A stretch of DNA of 55,247 bases from an uncultured Thermodesulfobacteriota bacterium (GCA_964623985.1 CAZUXG010000003.1:1-55247); one strand, 5' to 3'. Shown: positions 43,500 through 52,904, counted from the stretch's first letter. Numbers and translations: made by a program. The notes: a model not told the origin generated them from the sequence alone.

Positions 43500-44951
43500 A
43501 TGGATCCTAAAACTGTTTTACGGATTATAGCCTATCTTCTCTTGATTGTCTGCGGTTTTATGCTGACTGCAGTTGTAGTGGCCCTCTATTTTCGGGAGTT
43601 TGCGGTTTCGCGGGCTTTCATTGAGACGGTTGCGATGACGGTCTTGGTTGCCGGCATCTTTCTTTTTACGACCCGTAATTCGGGTCGTAGTCAACCCTCT
43701 TTCAAGGATGGTTTTCTCTTTGTCGTCGGCGGTTGGGGTATGGTTGCCCTGATTGGTGCCCTGCCTTTTTATCTTTCCGGAACGATTCCCTCTTTTTGTG
43801 ACGCCTATTTCGAGGCCATCTCCGGTTTTACGACAACCGGGGCCTCGATTTTGACCGAAGTTCAGAGTCTGCCCCGGGCCATTCTCTACTGGCGTTCGTT
43901 AACTCACTGGCTTGGCGGTATGGGAATCGTGGTTCTGACGGTCGCAATTTTGCCGCTGTTAGGTGTCGGTGGCCTGCAGTTGGTCAAGGCTGAGGCCCCC
44001 GGGCCGACGGTTGATAAAATTACCCCGCGGATTGCCGAGACGGCCAAGTATCTCTGGTATATCTATCTCGGTATGACCGTTATTGAAACGCTGCTTCTGA
44101 TGGGTGGAGGCATGGGTTTTTTCAATGCCTTGACGCATACTTTCGGGACCGTTGCCACGGGTGGGTTTTCGACTATGAATGCCAGTGTGGCTCATTTTGA
44201 TTCGGCCTATATCGATTGGGTGATCACTTTTTTTATGGTCGCGGCCGGGATGAACTTTGTTCTCCATTTCCGTCTTTTAACCGGCAATGTCAAGATCCTT
44301 TTTTCTAATACCGAACTTAAAGCCTACCTTTTGATCTTTGTCTTTGCGACCTTGATGATCGCTTATAAACTTAACCTTGAAGTCTACCCAGGTTTTTTCG
44401 AGGCCCTGCGCTACGCCGCTTTCCAGGTTGCCTCAATCTTAACGACCACCGGTTATGTGACAGCTGATTATGAGACGTGGCCCTATATGGCTCAGGCGGT
44501 TCTTTTTTTATTGATGTTTGTCGGCGGTTGTTCGGGTTCGACCGGTGGTGGAATCAAGGTGATTCGGATCGTTACCCTGTTTAAACAGGCGGTTAATGAG
44601 ATGAGATATCTGATCCACCCTAAAGGGGTTTTCCCTTTGCGGTTTTCCGGTCAGGTAGTGCGTAAAAATATTGTCTATGCTATTTCCGGATTTTTCTTTC
44701 TTTATATTACAATCTTGCTGTTGGTTACCTTTGTTGTCAGCCTCGCCGGGGTTGATCTCTTAAGTGCCATATCTACGGCCCTGGCGACCATCGGCAATAT
44801 CGGTCCTGGTTTTGGGGTCGTCGGGCCGACCAAACACTATGCCCAATTTCCGGATTTTGTCAAATGGGTCTTAAGCTTTGCCATGATGGCTGGCCGCCTT
44901 GAGCTTTATACCGTCTTAGTTCTTTTTACTCCGATGTTCTGGCGGCACTAG
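43500..44951 (+). CDS. trkH: Trk potassium uptake system membrane subunit TrkH
   Basis: 483 aa, polytopic, with repeated pore-loop motifs (SGFTTTGAS, GTVATGGFST, TTTGYV, GSTGGGIK). Confidence 0.9.
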   Translation: MDPKTVLRIIAYLLLIVCGFMLTAVVVALYFREFAVSRAFIETVAMTVLVAGIFLFTTRNSGRSQPSFKDGFLFVVGGWGMVALIGALPFYLSGTIPSFCDAYFEAISGFTTTGASILTEVQSLPRAILYWRSLTHWLGGMGIVVLTVAILPLLGVGGLQLVKAEAPGPTVDKITPRIAETAKYLWYIYLGMTVIETLLLMGGGMGFFNALTHTFGTVATGGFSTMNASVAHFDSAYIDWVITFFMVAAGMNFVLHFRLLTGNVKILFSNTELKAYLLIFVFATLMIAYKLNLEVYPGFFEALRYAAFQVASILTTTGYVTADYETWPYMAQAVLFLLMFVGGCSGSTGGGIKVIRIVTLFKQAVNEMRYLIHPKGVFPLRFSGQVVRKNIVYAISGFFFLYITILLLVTFVVSLAGVDLLSAISTALATIGNIGPGFGVVGPTKHYAQFPDFVKWVLSFAMMAGRLELYTVLVLFTPMFWRH

Positions 44952-45003
44952 AAAAAGTTGACCTCATCAAGGTTACTTTTTGTCTAAGCATTGCCATAAA
45001 ACT

Positions 45004-45044
45004 AAAAAAGGGCTCTCCCGATTCTTTGTCGAGAGAGCCCTTTT
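45004..45044. terminator. Bidirectional rho-independent terminator between trkH and the cyclophilin gene
   Basis: AAAAAA-GGGCTCTC … GAGAGCCC-TTTT. An 8-bp GC-rich stem is flanked by an A-run and a T-run. Confidence 0.7.
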
Positions 45045-45077
45045 AGTTGGCAGTCTATAGCAGTTAAACAGAAACCT

Positions 45078-45674
45078 TTATTCCCCCCCCTCTACAGCTT
45101 TTTCACGTCGGGTCGAGGTGATGAAAACCGGTTCTGCCGGAACGTCCTGGTAGTGCCCTTTGGTGGTGGTTTTGACACTGGCCAGCTTGTCGATAACGCT
45201 GACTCCTTTAACAACTTTAGCGAAGACGGCGTAACCGAAGCCGGGGTTGCCGTGGTCGAGATTGCGGTTATTTTTCAGGTTAATAAAAAACTGGCTGGTC
45301 GCACTGTTAATCTGTGATGTGCGGGCCATTGAGAGGGTCGCTCTTAAGTTGCGCAGGCCGTTATCAGCTTCGTTTTTGATTGGATTATTATTTTTCTTTT
45401 TCTCCATGTGGGCGTCAAAACCGCCGCCTTGAAGGACAAAACCTGGGATTATGCGATGAAAAATGGTACCATCGTAGAACCCGGCATCAACATAATCAAG
45501 AAAATTTTTCACAGTAATCGGAGCCTTTTCAGGGTAGAGCTCGATTACCATGGTTCCCATACTGGTTTCCATGACCACCCGGGGATTGTCGGCCGTCGCC
45601 TCGGAAACCGTCGGGAGTCCGGTTGAAAATGCCATAAAAAGTCCGCCTAATAATAAAAGTTTTATCGCCAGCAT
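45078..45674 (-). CDS. ppiA: Periplasmic cyclophilin-type peptidyl-prolyl cis-trans isomerase
   Basis: Start reset to MLAIKLLLLGG (AGGAGA SD). It has a signal peptide and the cyclophilin motif FHRIIPGFVLQGGG. Confidence 0.88.
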   Translation of the reverse strand: MLAIKLLLLGGLFMAFSTGLPTVSEATADNPRVVMETSMGTMVIELYPEKAPITVKNFLDYVDAGFYDGTIFHRIIPGFVLQGGGFDAHMEKKKNNNPIKNEADNGLRNLRATLSMARTSQINSATSQFFINLKNNRNLDHGNPGFGYAVFAKVVKGVSVIDKLASVKTTTKGHYQDVPAEPVFITSTRREKAVEGGE

Positions 45675-45773
45675 CAATTCTCTCCTTTTATAAATGTCAT
45701 TCCGGCGAAAACCGGGATTCATTGATTTCAGTATGTTAATTATGGTTTTTTAAGGAGCCATCTTGCAACGCCA

Positions 45774-46052
45774 TCAAATCCATTTTTGTAGGGCGGCAAT
45801 TATCTTGCCGGCCTGTTCCCGGTTCGAGATGTTGAATTTCGACTGTGGCATATAGTTGCCCTTTACCTTACGGTAGCGGCGAATTGTATAGAGATCCTTG
45901 CCGAAATCCTCGGTTTTTTTGTTCCATTGTTGATAGCGAAAGACAATTGTCGTCCAGGCGCCTCGGGTGAGAATCTCCTTGTCAAGTTCTTTGACGATGA
46001 GCTGGCCATCCTCTTCATAATTCAGGGTTATCTCATCAATCGTTTCCGCCAT
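45774..46052 (-). CDS. Hypothetical small basic protein
   Basis: 92-aa ORF with an AGGAGA SD. I recognised no family. Confidence 0.55.
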   Translation of the reverse strand: MAETIDEITLNYEEDGQLIVKELDKEILTRGAWTTIVFRYQQWNKKTEDFGKDLYTIRRYRKVKGNYMPQSKFNISNREQAGKIIAALQKWI

Positions 46053-46189
46053 CGATTTTCTCCTGTTATTTGTGCTGCTTTCGGGTTTATGCGACAGTCA
46101 GCTGTCGCTCTCTTGTAACTATTCTTAGCGAAATCAGGCTAGCTTTTTCAAAAAATAATTTGTTTTAATGAGTTATTGTAACGTACTGC

Positions 46190-47527
46190 TTATAGTAGAT
46201 TACTGGCCAGTTCAGCGAGTTCCGAGCGTTCCCCTTTTTCAAGATTGATATGGGCGTAGAGTTTTTCTCCCTGCATTTTGGCGATGATGTGGCTCAAGCC
46301 GTTGGAGTGGCTATCAAGATAGGGGTGATCGATTTGAAAGATGTCGCCGGTAAAGACGATCTTGGTGTTTTCACCGGCTCGGGTGACGATTGTCTTGACC
46401 TCGTGCGGGGTCAAGTTCTGGGCTTCATCAACAATAAAGAAGATTTTTACCAAGCTGCGGCCGCGAATGTAGGAGAGGGCTGAGATGACCAGTTTTCCAT
46501 CCTCCAGCAAATCCCGAAAATGGAATGCATTCTTGCCCTCTCGGTTATGGGTTTGAATGACTCCGAGATTATCAAAAAGGGGTTGCGTGTAGGGTGATAT
46601 CTTAGAGCTGATATCGCCGGGTAGATAACCGATATCCTTGTTGCTTAAAGGGACAATCGGTCGGGCTAGATAGATCTGCCGGTAGAGGTTGCGTTGTTCA
46701 AGGCCGGCGGCCAGGGCGAGTAGGGTCTTGCCGGTTCCGGCTTTGCCGGAGATCGTGACCAGGGAGATTTTGGGATTGAGCAAGGCATCTAAGGCAAAGA
46801 TCTGTTCGGCATTGCGCGGCACGATGCCGGAGACCGTTTTTTTTTCGACCTTGTTGATTAACTTCTGATGGCCGTCATAGGTGGCTAAGGCCGATTTGTT
46901 AGGGGAGCGCAAAATCATGTATTCATTGGGTTGCAGAGGTTCGTTTAAGGGGATTTCAGTGAGAGTCAGGTTCCCTTCATCAGAGTATATTTTGTCAATA
47001 AGTTCATCGGCAACTTCTTCAATTTCCCGGGTGCCGGTGTAGAGGGTCTTGAGATCCTTGATATGGTCACTGGTGTAATCTTCGGCCAGCAGGCCAACCG
47101 CTTTGGCCTTCATGCGCAGGTTGACATCTTTGGTCACCAGAATGACCTTCAGGTTTTTGTTCTGCTGGGTGATGATATAGGCGAGATTGAGAATGTGGTG
47201 ATCCTTCTTGAGTGGATTGAAGCTCGCTTTAATTTCGGGAGCCATCTCTTCATCAAGACGGATACTGATTTTGCCAAGGCCGGGGCCAATCTCGATCCCG
47301 CTGTTAAAAATTGCATCTCCGCAAAGTTCATCCAGGGTCCGGACAAACTTGCGGGCATGATAGTTGATGATTTCGTTGCCGCGTTTAAAATTGTCTAGTT
47401 CTTCGAGTACGGTAATCGGAATAATTATATCATTTTCGGCAAAATGTCGCAGTGAATCACTGTCGTGCAGGATAACATTGGTGTCGAGAACAAATATTTT
47501 TTTGTTTTGAGACTTGTTTTCTACCAT
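46190..47527 (-). CDS. PhoH2-type protein (N-terminal PIN domain fused to a PhoH-like ATPase)
   Basis: 445 aa. PIN-like FVLDTNVILHD… at the N-terminus and Walker A GKAGTGKT with a PhoH core at the C-terminus. Confidence 0.88.
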   Translation of the reverse strand: MVENKSQNKKIFVLDTNVILHDSDSLRHFAENDIIIPITVLEELDNFKRGNEIINYHARKFVRTLDELCGDAIFNSGIEIGPGLGKISIRLDEEMAPEIKASFNPLKKDHHILNLAYIITQQNKNLKVILVTKDVNLRMKAKAVGLLAEDYTSDHIKDLKTLYTGTREIEEVADELIDKIYSDEGNLTLTEIPLNEPLQPNEYMILRSPNKSALATYDGHQKLINKVEKKTVSGIVPRNAEQIFALDALLNPKISLVTISGKAGTGKTLLALAAGLEQRNLYRQIYLARPIVPLSNKDIGYLPGDISSKISPYTQPLFDNLGVIQTHNREGKNAFHFRDLLEDGKLVISALSYIRGRSLVKIFFIVDEAQNLTPHEVKTIVTRAGENTKIVFTGDIFQIDHPYLDSHSNGLSHIIAKMQGEKLYAHINLEKGERSELAELASNLL

Positions 47528-47671
47528 TAGTACTCCTTTTAAAGAAGTCGAGATTTTAAGGGAATTCTGGAATTTTTAAGGGGACACCAAACAAATAAAC
47601 AACCAAAAAAACCCAGCTCTAAATAATCAGTTCCTTTTACCAGTAACGGTTAACTGCGACCTTTGAACCAA

Positions 47672-48226
47672 TTATCGTTTACGGCCTCTGATAAGGCCAT
47701 AAAAAGCGCCCACCACCCCGCCGGTAAGATGGGCGAATTGAGAAATATTATCTTTTCCCAGTGAGCCGTACAACTCGTTACCGAGATAGAGGACGGCCAC
47801 CAGGAGCAGGGTCAGTGGAATTTCACCAGCACGAATATTGGCGCAGGAACTTAAAAGAATCAGCATGAAGACGATGCCGCTGGCCCCGAGCAGGCCGGTG
47901 TTGAAAAAGAGGGCGTTGAGCAGGGCGGTGAGCAGGGCGGTTATCAGGATCATCTCTAGCATGAGCCCGGAACCGAATTTTTCCTCATTGATCGGGCCAA
48001 TCAACAGTAGCAGGGAGAGGTTGGCACTTAAATGAGAGAAACTGCCATGTCCGAAAATATAGGTGAAAAACTGGATATAGTGGAGCGGTGATGAACCGTG
48101 GAGGCCCGGATAGGCGGTAAAAAAGGTCTGCGTGGTCGCCCCATTGGTAAGTTGGTGGGCCCCCATGGCGGCACAACACAGGAGCGCCAGGGTTAGGGTG
48201 ACCGGGGCATTATAACGAATTTTCAT
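47672..48226 (-). CDS. Rhomboid-family intramembrane serine protease
   Basis: Start reset to MKIRYNAPV. It has catalytic GASG (LLGASGIVF) and a downstream FAHLTGG histidine on six TM helices. Confidence 0.8.
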   Translation of the reverse strand: MKIRYNAPVTLTLALLCCAAMGAHQLTNGATTQTFFTAYPGLHGSSPLHYIQFFTYIFGHGSFSHLSANLSLLLLIGPINEEKFGSGLMLEMILITALLTALLNALFFNTGLLGASGIVFMLILLSSCANIRAGEIPLTLLLVAVLYLGNELYGSLGKDNISQFAHLTGGVVGAFYGLIRGRKR

Positions 48227-48415
48227 GACCGCTAAAATAGGGCTTGGAGCAAACCTTGTCAAGAGGATTTTCTCTGATTTTGGATTTTCTTTTTTTGGGG
48301 AGCCGGACTCCATTTGTTCGCTTTCTTAAGGAGACTTGCTTGACGACCTCTTCTTTTTGGGTGTATGGATGGTTTTTCATATGGTTGATATGAACTGTTT
48401 ACGACAGGAGAGTTA

Positions 48416-50233
48416 ATGAATAGTGAAAGCGTAGTAAGTTTTGCCGCACATTGTCTGAATGGTCGACGTATGGAACTTGATTTGCTTTTGCAAGAGTTAC
48501 TGCGTGATGGTCTGATCGGGGTTGATGACGTTGAGCGTTGTCGTCGTTCGGCCCAGATCAAACGCGGCACGCCTCTTCAACCCCTGGTTTTGATCGCAGC
48601 AATGAAAATTGAGGATCGGCGTTCGCCGGGCGGGGTAATTTCACTCGAATCTCTAACCTTCTGGGTGGCCGCTAAATCCGGTTTGTTATACCAGCATATT
48701 GACCCCTTAAAACTTGAGGTCCACGCCATTACCGGTCTCAACCTGCCGATGGCCTACCTTGAACGTTTCAATATCATGCCGGTCAGGGTGACAGCCGATC
48801 GGGTGGTAATGGCGACGTCCGAACCCTTTGTTGATGAATGGGTTAAAGAACTCAGCCAAGTTTTAAAGAAAAAGATTGAGCGGGTGATTGTCAACCCTGT
48901 CGATATCCAGCGTTACCGACGGGAGTTCTTCGCCCTGGCCGAGTCGGTCAGGGGCGCCAGCGACGGTCGGGACGGTGTTTCACAGATCTCCGATTTTGAA
49001 CAGCTGGTCACCTTGGGCCGGGCCGGAAAACTCGACGCCAGCGACCAGCATATTGTTCATATTGTTGACTGGCTCCTGCAATACGCCTTTGATCAGCGAG
49101 CCAGCGATATCCATCTTGAACCCCGGCGTGAGAGTGCCAATATCCGTTTCCGTATCGATGGTGTTCTCCACCATATCTACCAGGTGCCGCAGAACGTGAT
49201 GAATGCGGTGACCAGTCGTATTAAAGTATTGGGCCGTATGGATGTCGCCGAAAAACGCCGTCCCCAGGATGGTCGCTTAAAGACCGTCACCCCGCAAGGC
49301 GAAGAGGTTGAACTACGTCTTTCGACCATGCCGACCACCTTTGGTGAAAAATTGGTGATGCGTATATTCGACCCCGAATCCCTGAAAAAATCGTTTAAGG
49401 AACTCGGCTTCAGTGATGAAGAGTTAAAAACCTGGCGCGATATGGTCGAGCGCCCGCATGGTATTATCCTGGTTACCGGTCCGACCGGTTCAGGGAAAAC
49501 CACAACCCTCTATGCCACTCTAAAACATCTCGCCCGGCCCGAATTCAATGTCTGTACGGTCGAGGATCCGATTGAGATCGTCGATCCCAAACTTAACCAG
49601 ATGCAGGTCCAGCCCGCCATCGATGTCACCTTTGCCAGCGGTGTTCGTACCCTTTTACGTCAGGATCCCGATATCATCATGGTTGGTGAGATTCGTGACC
49701 TTGAAACTGCCGAGATCGCGGTTCAGGCCTCCCTGACCGGTCATCTTGTGCTCTCGACCCTGCATACTAACGATTCCGCTACCGCCGTCACCCGCCTTCT
49801 TGATCTCGGGGTTTCCGATTTCCTGATTCAGGCGACCTTGCTCGGGGTTACGGCCCAGCGCCTGGTCCGTACTCTCTGCCCCTTCTGTAAAAAACCTGGT
49901 CCCATAAATGAGCACAGCTGGCATCTGTTGACGTCGCCCTGGAAGATCAAGCGGCCGGAAAATATCTACCAGGCCGTCGGTTGTTCCGAATGTCGTCGTA
50001 CCGGTTACCTCGGTCGGAGCGCCATTTTTGAGATCATGCTGGTTACCCCGGAGCTCTCCGAATTGATTAATTCATCCATAAACCTCGAAGCCTTGCGCGG
50101 TCAGTCGATCAATGACGGCATGCGTCCCTTGCGTTTAAGTGGCGCCAACGCTGTGATCGCCGGCCTTACTACCCCCGAGGAGGTCTTTAAGGTTGCTCCG
50201 CCGCCGCGTAACCTGAAGAACCTTAAGAGTTGA
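48416..50233 (+). CDS. GspE/PilB-family secretion ATPase (orphan; no other pilus or T2SS genes in the window)
   Basis: 605 aa (the start may be the internal MELDLLL). It has a T2SSE_N-like domain, Walker A GPTGSGKTTT, Asp/His boxes, and a tetracysteine cluster CPFC…CSEC. Confidence 0.88.
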   Translation: MNSESVVSFAAHCLNGRRMELDLLLQELLRDGLIGVDDVERCRRSAQIKRGTPLQPLVLIAAMKIEDRRSPGGVISLESLTFWVAAKSGLLYQHIDPLKLEVHAITGLNLPMAYLERFNIMPVRVTADRVVMATSEPFVDEWVKELSQVLKKKIERVIVNPVDIQRYRREFFALAESVRGASDGRDGVSQISDFEQLVTLGRAGKLDASDQHIVHIVDWLLQYAFDQRASDIHLEPRRESANIRFRIDGVLHHIYQVPQNVMNAVTSRIKVLGRMDVAEKRRPQDGRLKTVTPQGEEVELRLSTMPTTFGEKLVMRIFDPESLKKSFKELGFSDEELKTWRDMVERPHGIILVTGPTGSGKTTTLYATLKHLARPEFNVCTVEDPIEIVDPKLNQMQVQPAIDVTFASGVRTLLRQDPDIIMVGEIRDLETAEIAVQASLTGHLVLSTLHTNDSATAVTRLLDLGVSDFLIQATLLGVTAQRLVRTLCPFCKKPGPINEHSWHLLTSPWKIKRPENIYQAVGCSECRRTGYLGRSAIFEIMLVTPELSELINSSINLEALRGQSINDGMRPLRLSGANAVIAGLTTPEEVFKVAPPPRNLKNLKS

Positions 50234-50336
50234 TTTACGACAGCAAAATAATAATAATTATAGAGTCCCGAAGGCTGGACCGGGTGAGGCCTTAACAAAT
50301 TTAAGTGGAGAACAGTTGTTGGCATGATATTGAGGA

Positions 50337-50386
50337 GGCGCATCGATGGTTTAAAAAACATCGATGCGCCTTTTTGTTTCTTTTTT
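50337..50386 (+). terminator. Rho-independent terminator after the GspE-like gene
   Basis: 12-bp stem GGCGCATCGATG / CATCGATGCGCC, 10-nt loop, then TTTTTGTTTCTTTTTT. Confidence 0.85.
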
Positions 50387-50403
50387 AAGTGATCACTGAT
50401 CAC

Positions 50404-52062
50404 TTAAAGCCGGGCTGCGATCGGCATGCGGCGGCCGCTGCCGAAGGCTTTGCTGGTTACTTTGAGTCCGGGAGGGGCCTGACGGCGTTTGTATTCGTTG
50501 CGATTAACGGCGAGAATGATTTCCGAGACGGTTTCCAGGGGGAAACTTTCCCGGTCGGCGATGGTTGCCGCATCAAGACCTTCATCAATATATAAGGCCA
50601 GGACCCTGTCGAGTAGGTCATAAGGGGGCAAGGAGTCCTGGTCTTTTTGATTGGGGCGTAGTTCGGCCGAAGGTTCCTTGGACATGGTTGCCGGCGGGAT
50701 AATAATACCCTTCCGGTTGATATGGTGAGAGAGTTTGTAGACCAGTCCTTTGGGCAGGTCGGAGAGCGGTGCCAGGCCGCCGCTCATATCGCCATAGAGG
50801 GTGCAGTAACCGACTGCCATCTCGCTCTTGTTGCCGGTAGCCAGAAGTAGACGTCCGAATTTATTGGCGGTTGCCATCAAAAGGTTGCCGCGAATCCGGG
50901 CCTGAATATTCTCCTCGGCAAGATCCATCGGTCGTCCGGTAAAGAGTGGTTCAAGGGTGTCAAGGTAGTTTTGATAGAGGGAGTTTATCGGCATAATATC
51001 AAAACGGATACCGAGATTTTCGGCTAAGGTTTGCGAATCTGTAACGCTGCCGCCGGAAGAGTAGGGCGAAGGCATGGTAATCCCCCAGACATTGCCGGCC
51101 CCTAAAGACTTAACTGCCAGGACGCAGGTCAGAGCTGAATCGATTCCGCCGGAGAGGCCGATGACAGTCTGTGAGAAACCGCATTTGTTAAAGTAATCTC
51201 GGATACCGAGAATCAGGGCTTGTTCAAGCTGATCCATGGGATCAGCTTGAACAGCAAGCGATGTCGGAGTTGATGTTGATGGTTTGAGTTTATCATGTTT
51301 GAGCTTGTCAGAGTCGACAAACAAAATCTCTTCGCTGAACTGGACGGCTTCGTAAATCACCTTTCCCTGATAATTTAAAGCCAGACTACAACCGTCAAAG
51401 ATCAGTTCGTCATTGCCGCCTACCTGGTTGACCATCAGCATCGGGAGTTTGAGGTGTTGACATTGCCGTGCTAATGTCGCTAAGCGGAGTTTCTCTTTCC
51501 CGAGATAGTAAGGCGAAGCCGAAAGATTGATGAGCAGGGTCGCTCCGCCCTGGCTCAATTGATCCAAAGGGTTTTGCAGGTGGGTGGTGGCTTCGTTCCA
51601 GGCATCTTCACAGATGGAAATCCCGAGGATTTCATCTCGAAAAGGGTATACGTTAAGCTTGTGGGCCGGTTCGAAATAGCGGTTTTCATCGAAGACATCA
51701 TAGGCTGGCAGAAGGCTCTTGGATTGAGTAAAAAGGGTTTTGCCATTTTCGATCAGGATGGCGCTGTTGTGTAGTTTTTTCCCGTACCCCTGTTGACAGC
51801 GGGTTATGGTGCCCACCAAGATGGCGAGATCAGGATAACGGGTGGAGAGTTTTTTAAGTTTCTCAAGAGATGCTTCACAGCGCCCTATGAAAAAGTCTTG
51901 ATCAAGTAGGTCCCGAGGCGGATATCCGGTGATAAAAAGTTCCGGCAGGATGACTAAATCGGCGCCGGATTGACTGATTTCGGAAAGGCTTGAGTTTAAC
52001 TTTTCTAGATTACCGTTGAGATCTCCAATTGTGGGATTGAGCTGGGCCAGCGCGATTTTCAT
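50404..52062 (-). CDS. nadE: Glutamine-dependent NAD+ synthetase (nitrilase-like glutaminase domain + NadE domain)
   Basis: 552 aa. It has an N-terminal CN-hydrolase domain (…ILPELFITGYPP…, …ISICED…) and the PP-loop SGGIDS in the C-terminal half. Confidence 0.93.
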   Translation of the reverse strand: MKIALAQLNPTIGDLNGNLEKLNSSLSEISQSGADLVILPELFITGYPPRDLLDQDFFIGRCEASLEKLKKLSTRYPDLAILVGTITRCQQGYGKKLHNSAILIENGKTLFTQSKSLLPAYDVFDENRYFEPAHKLNVYPFRDEILGISICEDAWNEATTHLQNPLDQLSQGGATLLINLSASPYYLGKEKLRLATLARQCQHLKLPMLMVNQVGGNDELIFDGCSLALNYQGKVIYEAVQFSEEILFVDSDKLKHDKLKPSTSTPTSLAVQADPMDQLEQALILGIRDYFNKCGFSQTVIGLSGGIDSALTCVLAVKSLGAGNVWGITMPSPYSSGGSVTDSQTLAENLGIRFDIMPINSLYQNYLDTLEPLFTGRPMDLAEENIQARIRGNLLMATANKFGRLLLATGNKSEMAVGYCTLYGDMSGGLAPLSDLPKGLVYKLSHHINRKGIIIPPATMSKEPSAELRPNQKDQDSLPPYDLLDRVLALYIDEGLDAATIADRESFPLETVSEIILAVNRNEYKRRQAPPGLKVTSKAFGSGRRMPIAARL

Positions 52063-52071
52063 TCTGGTTCC

Positions 52072-52641
52072 TTACCTCTTAATTCTGGTTCTGAGATCGA
52101 AGACCTTTGCGAGCCCGGCAATTGCCAGGGCGTGGCGTAGCCGTCCGCTGCTCACTGCTTTTTTGAGTTCTTCGAGGTTGGCGGTGATGACGGTGATATC
52201 TTCGCCATCATCAAGGTTTACGTTATGGTTTAATACGACATCTTCGGCCAGCCAGTGGTGGCAGAGATTATTTAAGATCGCCGGATTGGGTTCAGTTGCT
52301 CCGAGATAGGTCCAGTTGCCTCCGGAAAATCCGGTTTCTTCACGGAGTTCACGTCTGGCCGCCTCACCATGACTTTCGCCTGGGTCAATAACTCCGCCGG
52401 GGATCTCAATCGTAACGCTGGCGCTGCCGAAACGGAACTGTTTGACCAGTATTGCATCTTTGGTCGGGGTCAGGGCAACAATATTGACCCAGTCTTTTGA
52501 ATCGAGAATCAGGCATTTAAGCTCCTTGCCGTTGCGTGGGTTCAGGCGATATTCAAAGCGGCTGGCAAAAACTTTAAGGCTGGGGCCGGATTCCTGCTTG
52601 ATTAATTCCCAGGGTTGAGGGTCGTTGGTTCGGTTATTCAT
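52072..52641 (-). CDS. NUDIX hydrolase (ADP-ribose pyrophosphatase-like)
   Basis: 189 aa with the Nudix box GGVIDPGESHGEAARRELREETG. Confidence 0.85.
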   Translation of the reverse strand: MNNRTNDPQPWELIKQESGPSLKVFASRFEYRLNPRNGKELKCLILDSKDWVNIVALTPTKDAILVKQFRFGSASVTIEIPGGVIDPGESHGEAARRELREETGFSGGNWTYLGATEPNPAILNNLCHHWLAEDVVLNHNVNLDDGEDITVITANLEELKKAVSSGRLRHALAIAGLAKVFDLRTRIKR

Positions 52642-52655
52642 AGGGCAAGGAATTT

Positions 52656-52862
52656 TTAGAATAGTGTTAGTTGTCGGGTTTGCAGGCCTTCGATGCCCGG
52701 GAAGGTGACTGGATATTTACCGGTGAAACAGGCATCGCAGAAGCTAGGTTCGCAATTTACAACTTCGGTTAAGGTTGTACTGTCAATATAGTTTAGGGTG
52801 TCAGCCGTGATATAGCGGCGGATATCGTCAACGTTATGATTTGCGGCGTACAATAAGTACAC
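52656..52862 (-). pseudogene. purF: C-terminal relic of amidophosphoribosyltransferase (purF); the N-terminal ~85% is missing
   Basis: The frame encodes …LLYAANHNVDDIRRYITADTLNYIDSTTLTEVV…FCDACFTGKYPVTF…, matching the PurF C-terminus (…EEIRxxIGADSLxYLS…CxACFTGxYP…). The only start is a GTG with no SD. The upstream 776-aa gene stops at 52905, leaving no room for the rest of purF. Confidence 0.65.
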
Positions 52863-52904
52863 CGCAGTGATGAAGGTTGCAGCCCAATGACGCAGATGAC
52901 CCTC

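Noticed and set aside
45690-45720. CATTCCGGCGAAAACCGGGATTCA, reminiscent of the 'GTCATTCCCGCGAAAGCGGGAATC'-type REP sequences seen in many proteobacteria. It also creates the spurious N-terminal extension MNPGFRRNDIYKRR of the cyclophilin ORF.
   Set aside because: It is a single copy in the window with an imperfect 4-6 bp stem. That is not enough to call a repeat family. The cyclophilin start was moved downstream to the SD-preceded ATG at 45674.
52857-52883. 23/27-nt match (GTACaCCGCAGTGAtGAAGGTTGcAGc) between the purF breakpoint and the interior of the tRNA-His leader element (41710-41736), suggesting a shared mobile or recombination sequence.
   Set aside because: My rough estimate is that a match of this quality is expected about once by chance among all position pairs in a 55-kb window. 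No further similarity flanks it. It is worth a genome-wide BLASTN but is not supportable as a repeat from this window alone.
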